64,000 nt of DNA from Lama glama. Its lineage: Eukaryota. The DNA is taken from positions 57,848,001 through 57,912,000 of the forward strand of contig CM052817.1 in assembly GCA_028534125.1 (NCBI GenBank). Reading direction: 5' to 3'. Shown here piece after piece: positions 38,766 through 52,709 of this stretch (its first letter is position 1; the number at the start of each line of letters is the position of its first letter). The notes beneath the pieces were generated by a model. The model saw only the letters and a list, made by a program, of their open reading frames with translations. It did not search any database and was not told the DNA's origin. The position numbers and the translations under genes are program-made.

Positions 38766-39737
38766 TGTGTAGGAGGCAGGATGAGATCAATATTGAAGGA
38801 GATCAATATTGAAGGAGATCACACTCTGGAATTTAGTGGTCACAGCCTCAAGAGTTCAAGAGAAGACATAACTGAAAGGTATGTTGTTCTAAGGTTACAA
38901 TACAAAATTCCAAACAATAACTTTACCGTGAGGGAGAAGGCAACTGTTGTTCACATTTCCCTGCACATGCAAAGACTTGCAGGGCCTCACTGACAAAACA
39001 TAGTAAGAATCTTAGAAGCTAGTGTTCCTTCACAGGCAGCTGACGCAGGATTGTGTGTAATTCTGTAAGTAGCATTAGATCAATGGTATTAGGGAACTGC
39101 AAAGGCAAGTCTTGTGTCTTGGAATTTAAGAGGCATGTGGTAATTGTGTAATTAAGTTTTCTTTAAAAGAAAATGAGGAGATTATTTGTTGCTGTATGGT
39201 TAATGGAAAAATTCACAACAGAGAGCCCTTCAGATCAATCTTGATGGATAATTGTAAAGAAAATAAAAGAGAAAGGGGAGGCATTTTAAGTGATGAGAAA
39301 AGAGACATGTAGAGTAGATCTAGAAAACTCATCGTCCATTTGTATTAAAATAGACTAAATTTAGACAATACAAAAAAGTACAATGTTAGATGACCAATTC
39401 CCCCACTGTTTCTGCAAGTGCAGGAGTTTGGTATTAATTCTTCGTGAAAAAAGTGTTTAGTTCATAGCCTGGAGTAAAATATGCTTTAATTTGTTGAACT
39501 GAATAGAACTGAGTACCAAAGTTCAATGTTGGGCCTTAAAATCCTTAAATATGTTTGTGTGTAAGTCTGTGTGTCTCAGGGGTGGGAAGGTGGAGGTGGG
39601 TGAAAAGGTCCAGAAATATTGATGGGCACACCAAAAACTGATGGTGCTGCACGGAATGAACTGTGTGAACAACAATAAAAGGTAGAGACCATTCAGGGGC
39701 AGATGTGAAACAATTCACATCAAGAGCAAGCTGAACT

Positions 39738-40168
39738 CGATGGACAACAGGCATGTGAAAAGACGTTCAACATCGCTAATTGTTAGAAAAAGGCAAATCA
39801 AAGCTACAACGAGGTATCATTTCACACACGTCAAAATGGCCATCATTAAATTTCTTCAAATAATAAATGCTGGAGAGGGTATGGAGAAAAGGAAACCCTC
39901 CTACACTATTGGTGGGAATGTAGTTTGGTCCAGCCACTATGGAGGACAGTATGGAGGTTCTTTAAAAAAATAAAAATAGATTTACCGTATGATCCAGCAA
40001 TCTCACTCCTGAGCATATATCTGGAGAAAACTCTAATTCAAAAAGATACATGCACTCCAATATTCATAGCAGCACTATTTACAATAGCCAAGACATGGAA
40101 GCAACCTAAATGTCCACTGACAGATAACTAGATAAAGAAGATATGGTGTGTGTGTGTGTATGTGTGTG

Positions 40169-40216
<48 letters not shown>

Positions 40217-40443
40217 GTGGAACATTACTCAGCCATAAAAAAGTACACAATAATGCCATTTGCAGAAACATGGGTGGACCTAGAGGTGATCAGTATCTTG
40301 TAACAAACCATAATGGAAAACAATATGAAAATATATATATATGTGTGTGTGTAACCGAATCACTTTACTGCACACCAGAAACTAACACAACATTGTAAAT
40401 CAACTATACTTCAATAAGTTTTTAATTAAAAAAAATTTTTAAA
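39738..40443 (+). mobile_element. 5'-truncated LINE-1 3' end with internal deletion and (TG)/(TA) microsatellite
   Basis: ORF 39925-40131 [11 protein letters not shown]...[13 protein letters not shown]...CTPIFIAALFTIAKTWKQPKCP is L1 ORF2 C-terminus; duplication agcaagctga at 39725-39734 and 40445-40454. Confidence 0.93.
40146..40215 (+). repeat. Compound (TG)n(TA)n(TG)n microsatellite inside L1
   Basis: Directly visible dinucleotide runs. Confidence 0.95.
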
Positions 40444-41039
40444 AAGCAAGCTGACTAGAGGGTTTAATGGAAAGGAGAGGTTGAATGTAAACAACAAATC
40501 TGTATCTCAGCAACACAAATCATACATTTCTGAGTTAGTTTTTCTCTTCAGTATCTGGGAAGATGGAGGTAGCTTTAATTGTGAAAAAGAAGGTAGGAAA
40601 AAACTTGGGTTATGAGGAGAGCTGAATTTGTTTTTCTTTTTATAACATTTTAATGAATCACTGGGATACACACTTCCTTCTGCACTTGCCTTTCGAGATC
40701 ACTGCTCACGAATGTAGGATGTGCTTTCTCTAAGACAAACAGGAGCAGGTGCAAAGAGGCTGTGGAACTTTATCATTTCCTGACACGTAGTGAGTCCTGA
40801 CCATCTCAATCCTCCTGCTATTTAATTTAAATGTTGAGCGTAACCATGTATCAAAGTTGGAAAGCCATATATTCAGATTAAGATAAAGTTGATAAGGCTG
40901 AATGTGAATGACTTAAAACAGTCATATTCAAACAATTTCCCTGTCTTTCTGTCTGTAATATTATTAATATATGCACTGTAATACTAATAAAACCTTGAAT
41001 AAACATTTCAAATATATTTAAAGACTGGACATTTAAAGT

Positions 41040-41160
41040 TATTTTTTATTTTGAAATAACATGAGATTTACAAGAGAGCTGTAAATTAGAGAGGGTTCCT
41101 GTATATCTTTTATTCAGTTTCCCTTAACGTTAACATCTTATATAACTATGGGGCATTTAT
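41040..41160 (-). mobile_element. L1M 3' terminal fragment
   Basis: ttttattttgaaataa...gatttacaag...cagtttccc...gttaacatcttatataactat. Confidence 0.65.
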
Positions 41161-41949
41161 AAAAAAAACTAAATATTTAAAATTTTATTTTTGAAATCTG
41201 AAAGTTTCAACTATGATCAAATGTTTAAAACTTGTCTTACTTTTCACTTTATATCCATTTATACTTACGTACATCTTATACATGTACATGCCATAAATTA
41301 AGTGTAATTTGTCCCAGCGTATAGGCTGTAACATTTTGTGGACTATAAGAACATAACTTTAATCATAGGTTACTTTAAATACTTAATGACATTACAATTG
41401 ATCACACTGTCTTTGAGATGGCTCCAATCGAGTGAAATGACTTATTTTGTTAGTGAATTGCAAATGAAAATTATAAGTAGTTCAACCAACACATTCAAAC
41501 TTAAATTTCTCCTGTTTAGACCTTTAAATTTTATTTCCAATTACCCACTGTGAAAATAGATGAAAATTTAATAAAATCAGACAAATTACAGAGCAGCTAA
41601 AAATTGGTCAAATTAGTCAAAAGTGTGATTTTTGCCAACTGAGAAACAAATATTCCTTTATACTGTGGCTATTAAGCAAACCCTGCAGCAATTTTTAAAA
41701 ATACATGCTTGGAAATGTGTCAGTTATGCTGTGAAAATAATTACCATAACCAGTTACCATAACAACAGTGTTCACTCCATTGTCCCTTTTTGCAGTTTCA
41801 ATCAAACTCATTTGGGTTTGATCATGACAACCAAAACTGAGAGAGTCAATTAGTACCTCATTTGTTCTTCCACTCTGGCTTTTTGATGTTGGTGACATAG
41901 GTCTCTGTGTTGAGACCTCTGGGATAATGTCCAGGCAGAGTGGAGAAAT

Positions 41950-42375
41950 TGCCTTATAATCTTTTGCAGCTTTGTGTGATATGAGATTAAGTTCTGGCCA
42001 ATTAAATATTAAGATAAATGTCACATGACAGCTTCCAGAACCTTCCTTAAAAGACAGCTGGTGCACACATTTGCCTCCTTCTCTCCTTTATACATTTCTT
42101 CGTTCTACTTCCTGAAACACAGATAAGATGCTGTGCTTTTTATTGCTTTGTGCTTTGATGCTTACTGCCGTTTTGGACCATGAGGACATACACTAGAGAT
42201 GACAGTGCCGTGGATTAGATGTAGCTTTGTCTTTGAGAACTTTCTGGAACAGAGTTGCCATCCCATAACTTGACTGTCTCTGAATTTCTCCACGAGAGAG
42301 AAATCATTTCTATTTTACTTAAGTCATTGTTATTTTGCATGTTTCTATTGTTTGCAGTTGAAAGGAATCCTAATG
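41950..42375 (+). mobile_element. MaLR LTR remnant (MLT1H/J-like)
   Basis: aagttctggccaatt...ttttggaccatgagga...ttaagtcattgttattttg...gcagttgaa...cctaat. Confidence 0.7.
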
Positions 42376-43744
42376 CTCCCCATCTCTATGCAGAGTGGAA
42401 ATAGGAATGATAGCGTTAGATATCTACATTTTTCAAGGAAAATTGATCTTCTTTCATTCATGTACTTACTTATTTGTTGCTTATGAACACCTGAATTTGC
42501 TACCTCTGCTACTGCTCTTATTTTCTTCGTGGATTATAGATTGCTAACAGGACCCCAGCAACTGTGTCAGTGCTGTCACCCCTACCCCCATTCCAAGAGC
42601 TCCCAAGCCACCTTAGACACTGCTGAGTTTTGTCTTGGTTTGTTGGTTCATTTGCTAGTTTGTTTCAGTAAACGTCATGACCTCCCACGATAATAGTAGC
42701 CTGGAGCACTGCACAACCAGGAGCAGGGAGTGATTTACTTAAGGCTTTTTGTGTTTCAATTCTGAGAAAATAGATAAACTAGATGCTACTAAATCAGCAG
42801 AGCAAATGTACTCTGTTTTAGAGTAAAGCCACTGAACAAGCCATTTATACAAATTCAGGAGAGAAGTGAAGACAGTGACTATATAAACTGCAGTGGGGTC
42901 TCTTTTAAGCTATACACGCAGAGGTATTCTGATAGAAAAGTAGAAGCAATACATTAAGTGGGATTAAAACAGTCTAGTCATACTCAAAATCTATTTTGTC
43001 AAGTATAGTAAGAATTTGAAAAGAATGAGTTAGGAAATGGAAAAAGATAAATACATTAATACTTTGCTAAGTGATGAGAACAGAGATAGATGACAGCTGA
43101 CTTTGGAGTGATAAAGAAAATGGGGAAGGAAAGTGTGTTTTTACAGAAAAAGGACAAGAGAAATGGGATAACTATAATCATGATCATTATTCAAGAGACT
43201 ATTTCAGGCTAAATTCCCAAAACGTTGTTGTAAGAAAAACACCTGGCACAACAGAACGTCACTGGGATCCCTGGCAGTGGGATGTACCAGAACAGGTGAC
43301 AGAGAAGCACCTCGCACTGGCCACTCTCCGTCTAGTGCTGGCTGGCAGCTCCAGAATGGACTAAAATACAGGGGCTAACAGGATACAGTTGCTGACTTTA
43401 AACTCCTCTACCAAAGAACTCACGTGCATGGCAAAATTCTGCAATAAATGTATTTGTTCTTCTACCAGACTGGACTGTCCCCCGTCTGTGAGGACAAACT
43501 TTTTTTTCATCTTTCTTCCTTCTCTTCAGCTCTTTCCCCATATCTTCTACCCTAGATTATAGTTCTTGAAAGAAGGCAACTGGGCATATTTTATACTTGA
43601 TTTCACCTTTTAAGATCTATATGACTATCGGGCTTTGGGCTTCCCAGTGGCTACTTGGTCCTAGTGAACTTCAGTACGGTCTTTTCCCGCATGGGCCATC
43701 CTAATCTCTACTGATGCTCAGAGGAGATACCCTGGTTTAAGAAA

Positions 43745-43835
43745 TACATGCATGACTGGGACCTTATGCTGTACACCAGGAACTGACACATTGTAACTGA
43801 CTATACTTCAATGATAATTAAAAAAAAAAAAAAGA
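43745..43835 (+). mobile_element. Very short LINE-1 3' terminus with poly(A)
   Basis: tgactgggaccttatgctgtacaccaggaactgacacattgtaactgactatacttcaat then A-run. Confidence 0.8.
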
Positions 43836-45509
43836 AAAAGGAGTGGAGTGTTTCAGTACTTTTAGCATGACCAATTAGATTATGAGTTTGATTTCATTTG
43901 TTTTGATGTTAATGACCCTAAAATTTGATTAACCAGCTTTTCAACTATTGTTAGTTATTAATTCTGAAAGAACAGTATTTTATTCAAGATACTGCAAACA
44001 TTTTTCTTCAAGACTGAATGTCAGTAAAACCGTATTTCCTCAATTCAAGCTAATTGTGTTTCTGAAGCTGACAATCATCATGAGCTTAAAAATAAAAAGA
44101 TTAAAAAAGAAAAAAACAGGACAAAAATTGTAAAGTGAACCTAGAATTTGATACTGCCATCTGTTGTTTAAAAACAAAATTGCATGTGCCTTAAAGCTAC
44201 AGTTTCTTAGCTAATTTTTAAAAAAATAACAAAGGATCAATTTAACCCATGTTATCAATCCATTAAAGAAAGAAAAATATGGTGCTTTATTCACACTATA
44301 TTTCTAAATTTGGATTCAGCTGCATGCACGATTTCCTTTATATTGTATAATATGTGTCATAGCTTTCAAACTGCTATAAATATAAATATTATGTAAGTAT
44401 CTAATTAAAAGTTAGCAACTATTTTAAAAGATACTTAGTTCAGTGAAAATGAACTAAAAATGAAAAGCAAAATACTACCTACAGGAGATAATAAGGATAA
44501 TAAGGAGTATTTCAAAATACAATAAATCTTAATTTGTATACAAATGTTAAAGATGAGAATAGTTTTTTGTTCCAAACAAGGAACATAAACAATTATGAAT
44601 GATTATGTAACCACAGAAACACATAAACACATATTTTAGACATGGAAGAATAAAATTAAATATTTTAAAATATTCAACTTGCTTAATAATGTGAATTATG
44701 TAATTTTCCCTTTGTTAAATATCAGAAATTTTCAAATATTCTATGTAATTAATATTATATAAGCAGACAAAACTAAGGAATGTCTTTACTAATTCACTAA
44801 AAATGTTTAAAATTTTTATGTAAAATAATTTTTATAAAACATAAGTGTATTCTTAACTATTTATCTGCAAGAAAATAAGAAATTAAAAAGATTTTTTATG
44901 TGAGTATGTGTTTTATTGCTATAGTTTTTACTTTTAATTGCCAGAAGATCTTATGTACTGATAACAGCAAAATCAGCTTATTAAATAACTATTGGTATTC
45001 CAGGAAATTTCTAAACAATTTAAGGATCATTAGTTTGAGTGAGAATTTGAGTTACTTTATGCTGTTGTTCAAAGAGATAGTTTAAAATTCCATAGTAGGT
45101 AATTTCAACTTGACTTGAGTCAGTCTTTTTTAACATCATTACATTTACAAGTGGAATTGTAAAACTACTTTTAGAATTAGATTCTTATCTATAGTTATTC
45201 TAAGAGTGCTCTAAATGGTAAAAAATAGAAAAGTCCCAGTTTTTTCCAGAATGAAGAAATATGTTTATCTCCTTGGCACTACTGATAGCTCACATAAGGA
45301 AAGACTTCATGAAGATTATTTTCTTTTCATGTTTAAGTCTGTATAAGATTCATTAGTAGTAACCTTTTCATAATAATGAATTGATTTTAGAGTATTTTAA
45401 ATATAACCCAACAAATTAGTATACAAATCCAAATGTTTAAACAAGTCCTCAGTCTTAACATCTTTTAAGCAGATCTAAACCCCAAAGGAAATAAAAATAG
45501 CAAACTTTT

Positions 45510-46978
45510 GATTCCATCCAAGATAGAGTAACAGGGATAGGCTCTATCCTATTGTCAATACGACTAAAAAATAAGAAAAAAATTATGAAACAATAGCTTT
45601 CTGGACTTTGAACATCAGGCAACAGTGATCACTGATATATGAGGAACAAATGAGGTGAGCCCTATGGTTGCCTCAGATTTCTACCTAGAGAAAGAGTCCA
45701 GACCATGGCATAGGGAGCTGAGGGTTATCTTTGAGTTAAGTAAATGGAACTGGGAAACTGGAGAGCATGGGTGGCTCGAGTTTGCAGGGCAGAGTACTAT
45801 AAAGAAGAGACCTGCACAAAGAGAAAACTCCAATGTTCTGCCAAGGACTATGCTCAAGAATCTGCGTACTAAAGAATATGTAACTGAGGCCAGGGGAAAA
45901 ACCATGCAGAAGATTTAGAGGAAACAAACTCCTCAGATCACATAGGGCCAAGAATAGTGCCTGTTCCTAATACCCAGAGTGTGGAAAACCCATTTCACAA
46001 GGTGTCAGAGTACCAGGAATGGTCTTGCCTCAGCGGTCAAGAAAATGTAGCCCTAACTAAATGCTTCTCTGGTTTTGCCTCACAAAGATCAGAAGTAAGA
46101 ACTGAAATGAACACACTGTTTCCAAGTAGCTTAGCCATATCCCAGAACAATGCTGAAGAATATCTAAAGGAATTCAACATGGAAAAATTCACGATGTTTG
46201 GCATACTACTGAAATTTACCAGGCATGCAAAAATAAAGGGAAAAAATAATATTAAAAAAGCAAATCAATTAAAATGATTCTGAAATGGTGCAGAAGATAG
46301 ATTTAGTAGCGAAAGACACCAAATAATTTTAACTATATTAAAATGGTCAATATGGTCAATCTAGAGGTAAGATTAAACATCGTATATAAAAAGATCCCCA
46401 AGTAAACAATATCTAAAATGGAAAATACACTGAATGGAATTAATGGCAGAGAAAACATTGCAAAAGAAAAGATGAGTCAACTTCAAGACATAGTAACAGA
46501 AATTATCCATAATGAAAGACAGATTCAAAAATAATTGAAAAAAAATTTAACAACGCCTCAATGAATAGTGGCATAATTTCAAGTAGCCAAATGTATGTAC
46601 TGTTTGGAATCCTCAAAGGTGGCAAAAGAAAAATATACATATACACGTATTTGAAGAAATAATGGTCATTTTCCCCTAAACTTGATGAAAACTTTAAACC
46701 CACAGATCCAAGAATCACAAGCATAGAAAATGTGAGAAATATGCCAATGCATATCATTATCAAATCACTTTTAACTAGAAATAAAGAAACAAATTTAAAA
46801 GCAGCCAAGGAACAGATACTTCTGAATAGGAGGACAAAGATAAGCATCTCAGTAGATTTATTTTTGTCAGAAATGATGCAAAATGCAGTCTAGAAGACTT
46901 TGGAGTAACATCTTTACAGTACCAAAAGAAAAAACTATTAACCTAGAACTCTACACCTAGCCAAAATATTTCTCAGAT
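45510..46978 (+). mobile_element. Ancient LINE-1 5'UTR/ORF1 remnant (L1M type)
   Basis: aacaaatgaggtgagccct 5' motif; ORF1-like atttgaagaaataatgg...ttaaaagcagccaagga...aacctagaactctacacctagccaaaatatt. Confidence 0.75.
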
Positions 46979-47384
46979 GTAATCTTATGGTGTGAAAGTT
47001 GTCTGAGATATTTTTGATCCAGGAGAATGTTTCTGTGCTTCCAGCCTGTCTGGGATGAACCATGTTCACAACACTGCCCTTCTTCCTTCAATATCCTCTC
47101 CCATTCTCCAAATTCTTGTCTACTAACCATTGGTAAAAAATATAACAATTGCTGTATTTCTACTCTTTTATCTTTCAGAATCTGCCCTGCTAATTTGGCC
47201 AACAATACTGGAAATATTAAAGTACCTTCATAGAGTTTACATTTTTGTTGGGAGGGGGTCAACAACATACAAAATTATAAGTATATTGTATAATATACGA
47301 GATAATAATAAAATTACAGTAAGGAAACATAAAAATTACTAGGGCAGAGCAGGAGAGTGTTGTTATTTTAAATAAAACAATCAG

Positions 47385-47612
47385 ATTTAATGTATAACAT
47401 GGTGACTATAATCAATAACATCATACTGTAAAATAGAATTTACTGAGAGTAGAGCTTGAACGTCTCACACACACAAAAGATAAATATATGAGGTGATGAA
47501 TGTGTTAACTTGATGGGGGAATCCTTTGGCAATGTAGGCATATAGCAAATCATCACATTGTACACTTTAAATATCTTACAATTGTATTTGTTGATTACAC
47601 CTTAATTAAAAA
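47385..47612 (+). mobile_element. L1MA-type 3' end inserted in a decayed L2 fragment
   Basis: tgtataacatggtgactata...tgaggtgatgaatgtgttaa...atcacattgtacactttaaatat. Confidence 0.75.
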
Positions 47613-49549
47613 ATAGCAAAATTAAATTCATAAAACTAAATAACCAGAGAATGCCTCAATGGCATGACAAATAAGGAAAGATCGGAGGAGTAGGGGAGCA
47701 GGCTATGTAGCTATTTGCGGAAGAGTGTTCCTAGCAGAAGGAACAGCCGGAGTACACGCCTAATGTAAGGACACAACATTGTAAACTGAGCATACTTCAA
47801 TAAAAAATTAAAAAGTACCAAAAATTACAAAATATTGGAAAAGTAATAATAAAATGAACTCCCACATGCCATATATCCACATGAGTATCAAGATTTTGAC
47901 AAAATTCTGGTTTTTATTCTTTTTTCCTTTATTGAAGGAATTCCAGATCTAGTCATTGCATCCCTATGTTTTAATTTGTATCTCTACCAATATAAATGAA
48001 TCTCTATAAAAATAAAGCCATATTCTTATGTAACTACAAAACCATTATCATGTGTAGATATATCAGATTATTCCTGTTTTTCTAATACTCAGTCCATAAC
48101 CACATTTCCCCTGATTTTTCCAAATGTGTTTTTGCAGTTGGTTGGTTTGCACCAATACTCTAACTCAGTGGTATTTCTTTAAGAGTAATGACTATTTTAC
48201 TGTTCATATCACTTTGACCTGAATCTACCTGTTTTAAAATATTTGATCTTCTTAAGTATTAGAGAATTGAGCAGTTAATTGTAATTGTAAGCATCTTACT
48301 TTCTATACTGTCTGTAACTTTAAATGAAGAGGCTCAAAAATAATGCATTGGTGTATTTTTATTATTGTTAATATTAATGCAACCAATTTGTTATACTATC
48401 ATCTAAATCACAGATCTGTTGTGTTTTTTTTTTTAATCATAGAGGGCTTAGCTGTCTACATAAAGCTTAAGTATGTTTAAACTTTACATGAAATAGCTAG
48501 AGAAAAGAAAATGGAAAAAGCAGGCCAGGTGATAACAGCACAGAAAATGCAGACGGCCCCAGCAGGGATAGTGGAGGTCCAGGGTTCTTTCAAATAAGCA
48601 TTTATTCCACACACTACAATTAGAAATGTTACATCTTAGTTCCAATATTATTACAACACATTTACAAAGCAGCATTTGATTTAGGTCACATGAAGACTTT
48701 ACAATAAAATCTGTCAGGATTTTTACAAAGCCTTCAATTTTTCCTTCAAATATTTCCCTAAAGTTTACACATGTGTTTTTATAAAAACTAAATGTTTCTC
48801 TCCCTTTTTAGCTCAAAATCAATGATAGCAACTCTCTCTTTATTTATGTGTTGTTTTACCTTTATTAAACATTCTTCAATAGCAAACCAGTTGGTGTAGA
48901 GCACGTTCAAAATTATTTGAGGCTGATAACCCTATCTTTCAAATATCAGAAAAATATGATTTTGTGTCATTTTCCAGTGCATGTTACTTACTGAACCGGA
49001 ACAGAGCAAAAGAGACTCAATCGTAATTAATCATTTTCTCCTCTTTCCCCCACAATCATATGCTGTCTGATAGTAAATTTATCCATGTCCTGTAAGTTTG
49101 AGGCAAAAGGGATTTGAAAATTCTAAGATATTCAAGTCACCATATAAAGTTTTCATTTTCATAATATATGGATTGATCTCTGCAACTTCCTGCAACTAGA
49201 ATTGTTTTTCCACCTTCACAGATATGACGGATTGTAAAATATTGGACGGTTTTCCACTTTCGCAGATAAATTTTAATTATAAATGTGCTCTACATCAATT
49301 AATTTTTGAGATTTTAATATATTTTTTCTTTCCTATGATTCAATGTAGTCTCTGGATTCTTTTCTGTAAAAGTTCCTATGGACTATTTAATTTAAAAAAA
49401 ATTGCTTTCAACTAACTTATGTCTTCAATTCAAAAATGAGTTGTTGTGTTCACCCAAGGACGTATTTCTTAAGTGGATGGTTTAATTCTCCACCCTAGGC
49501 TGGAGATTTTGCTTAGTGATATACAAAGGTAGAGATAAAATAGGTATTA

Positions 49550-49780
49550 TTACTGATAATAACTTAATCTAATATTTATTAACCAATTTCAGATGGAAAG
49601 CCTTTTGCTAAGTCCTAGGTGATTTCATTTATATTTCACTACAGTCCTGTGAAGCAGGTGCTGCTGGGATCTCCACTCTACTGATGAGGCAACTGAGGAT
49701 GGCAAAGTGAGATTAACTTGGATGCCAGATACTTTGCTAATACTGCGCCTGAAGACACAGACACCTCTATCTTTCAAGAA
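49550..49780 (-). mobile_element. MIR SINE
   Basis: acagtcctgtgaagcagg...ctgatgaggcaactgagg. Confidence 0.65.
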
Positions 49781-50539
49781 AGTCAATGACTTAATGAGAA
49801 ATAGTCTTCATGGTATTCAATTCCAAGTTGAAAAGTATGTCTATCTATGTGCTAACAGAATCGTAGAATATCAAAGAGTGTCATCTTGGAGTTGAATATA
49901 CAGTGATACAAGGGGACAAAGTTTTTGCTCTCAGGGACCTTGTTTTTCAGTAGGTAGAAAACCAGGCAATAAATAGGCTTAGCCTACAATATCAGAGAAT
50001 GATAGTGCAGTAAAAAAAAAAAAAAAAGGGAGTGGGGAATACATGCCATTTACATGTACAATGAACACGTCATTTAAGGATGACCAATATTTTTGAGCAC
50101 TCGCATTACATTTTGTTAATTTTCTCCATTATGAGTTTTGATTTTCCCCAAAAGAGAAAAAAGAAAACTTACTTTTTCAGCTACCTGTCATCTAGGATGC
50201 AGACAATATCTTGGATTCTGTCAACAGATTCGCTGACATAAGATTTCAATATGGAATTGAACGTCCTAAAGATATTTGTTTCATTCAGTACACTGAATTT
50301 CTTCATAGATGTGGTGGTACAAAGTCTAGAGAACAGTACTGGCAATTTATGGTATTTATTTTCTCAAAATATTCATGTAAATGGGATCCTGGCTTCATTG
50401 ATATGAGCTGTGGTATTGGTGTAATGTGTATTATTTAATATCTTTTAATACATATATTTCTTCTTAAGCTGCCCATAGTGAATTCTATAATTTGCAACTA
50501 AGAACTATGACTGATACACATGGATAGATTAATAGATTA

Positions 50540-51780
50540 GTCATAAAAGGACATTTGGAAAAGGTGATATATGTCAGAAAAGATGTAAATGTAAGGGAGC
50601 AAAGCCCACAGAGATGAAACCAGAGGAAACAGTAAATTAAAAGTCCTGAAATAGGATTAGCTTGAAGTGATTTCATAGCAGGAAGAGCATCAATATAGCT
50701 AAGAGAATGGAGATGGAGCGTTCTAGGCAGTGAGATGAGGCAGAGAGTTGTGAGGAGCCCTGAAGATGATGACAAAGAATTTGGAGTTTACAGTGAGTGT
50801 ACTAGGAAGTTACTGTATAGTTTTGAGAAGCAGTTTTAGAATATGACTTACATTTCAAAAATTCACTCTGTTGTGCAGTACTTTTAATAGAGTAGCCAGT
50901 GTAGAGATGAGAACCACAGCAGTCTAGGAAAGAGAAGACTATGGCTTACACTAAGTTGGAAATAGTGGAGGTCATAGGAATGAGTTACACTCTAAATATA
51001 TTTCAAAAGTAGAGGTATCACTTTTGTTTGTGTGTTAGATGTGAATGGTGAGAGAAAGCAATTGGGTGAATTGTGGTCCTTTACTATGAATGAGACAGCT
51101 AGAGAAGAGGTATTGTGTTCTGTTTTTCAATATGAGGGTAGAAAAATAAAAAGCTTGGTTTTGAACTTACCCATTAGACACCTAAATGAATATTTTAAGC
51201 ACATAATTTTCTATGGCTGTGGAGAGTTCAGAGGGAAAATATTGAATTAGAGACATAAATTTCAGACTTAAATGGACATAGGTGCTATTAAAAATCTTTA
51301 GATACGAGCTGATCTTTTAGTACTAGCTGGAGATTAGGGAGTGCAGAGGGCATATACTGTACTAAGCTAGGGGACATTCTAACTTCAGGTTTTGGGGAGC
51401 ATAGGAGGAGTAAGGAAAAGACTGAGAAAGAGTAGCCAATGAGGTAAGATAAAAATGCAAGGCAATCTTATTTTCCACGTTCCAAACAAAGAAAGCATTT
51501 CCAGAAAGATGGGATTACTAACCATGTGAAATGCTGCTGATCATTAGAATAAGAGAAAGTCTGAGAATTGAGCATTATTATTTGGCAAAAAGAGGTTACC
51601 ATGGAGCCAGATCAAGGAGAACTTGAGAATAATTAATTCCATTGAAATAAGAAGCAATAGAAACCTTTCTTTCAGGTCGCGGGGGTGGGTGTGGAAAGAC
51701 TACGGGATGAAGAAGTGGACATGTGGAGTATAGTCCCCACTGGTTTTCTGTAAAAAGCAGAGAAATGTTATGCACAAAGT
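50540..51780 (-). mobile_element. L2 LINE fragment
   Basis: Long purine-rich stretch with antisense L2 motifs (aagaatttggagttta, cattagacacctaaatg, gagactgagaa-like, aatgctgctga). Confidence 0.75.
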
Positions 51781-51794
51781 TTAGGAAGGATTTC

Positions 51795-51836
<42 letters not shown>
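51795..51836 (+). repeat. (TTTC)n tetranucleotide microsatellite
   Basis: About 10 tandem tttc units. Confidence 0.95.
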
Positions 51837-52709
51837 CCATATTTACATCAACACAGAACTCCATTAAAAATAGCAATATACGATTTTGCCAACTTTAAAT
51901 TTTTTTATTTTATCTATTTTTGTTAATATTACCTGATGTTTCACTGAAACACAAATCAAATGGTATCTTAAAAATAATTTACCAAATCTTAACAAAATTA
52001 CTCAGGTTATTAAAAATGGCCTTAGAGTAGACAGATAATTTTAAAGGGCTGAAAATTTACTTGAAAGAAATACTTCATTTCATTTTATCAAAAATGTTTT
52101 GCCTTATATCCTAAAAGACTATAGAATGAAAAGTGTGACTATAAATATTTTGAGTTAAGAATATCTAAACTTTGATGCTAAAATAATGTTTGACGTATTT
52201 AGAAAATAATGTAGAAAAAAGCCAAGAGAAAATCAGGACAGTGTGCTATTCCCAAATTAATAATAAAACAATATCCAAAGGCTTTTACTTTGGCTCCACT
52301 AAATAAATTTGGGTATATGCTAAGTGCTATAGGAGATAATCAGAAGTATGGGGCATGGTTCTATACATCAAACAACAAACAGATAGAGTTGGGAAGATAA
52401 GGTGTATGAATAAGAAGATAATAAAGCAAAGCAGTAAATAAATGAGCAGCATGGACAGTAAGTGCTGTAAAGTTCAGGACAAAAAAATAAATAAATAAAT
52501 AACTATGAGTTAGAAGCATTAGTTAAGTCTTCAAAAGGGCAGCAAATGAAAAGTGTGTGTGTAGTCAAGAAAGGCAAATAAGATGTGGAAAGAACATTAC
52601 CAGAAAAGAGAAGAGAATTTTGGAGTAATTTGGTAACAATTAAAAATATTTTCCTTGCCTCCTGTTGTGTTCTGTGTTTAAGAGCAGGATACAAAAATAA
52701 TGTTGCTTC

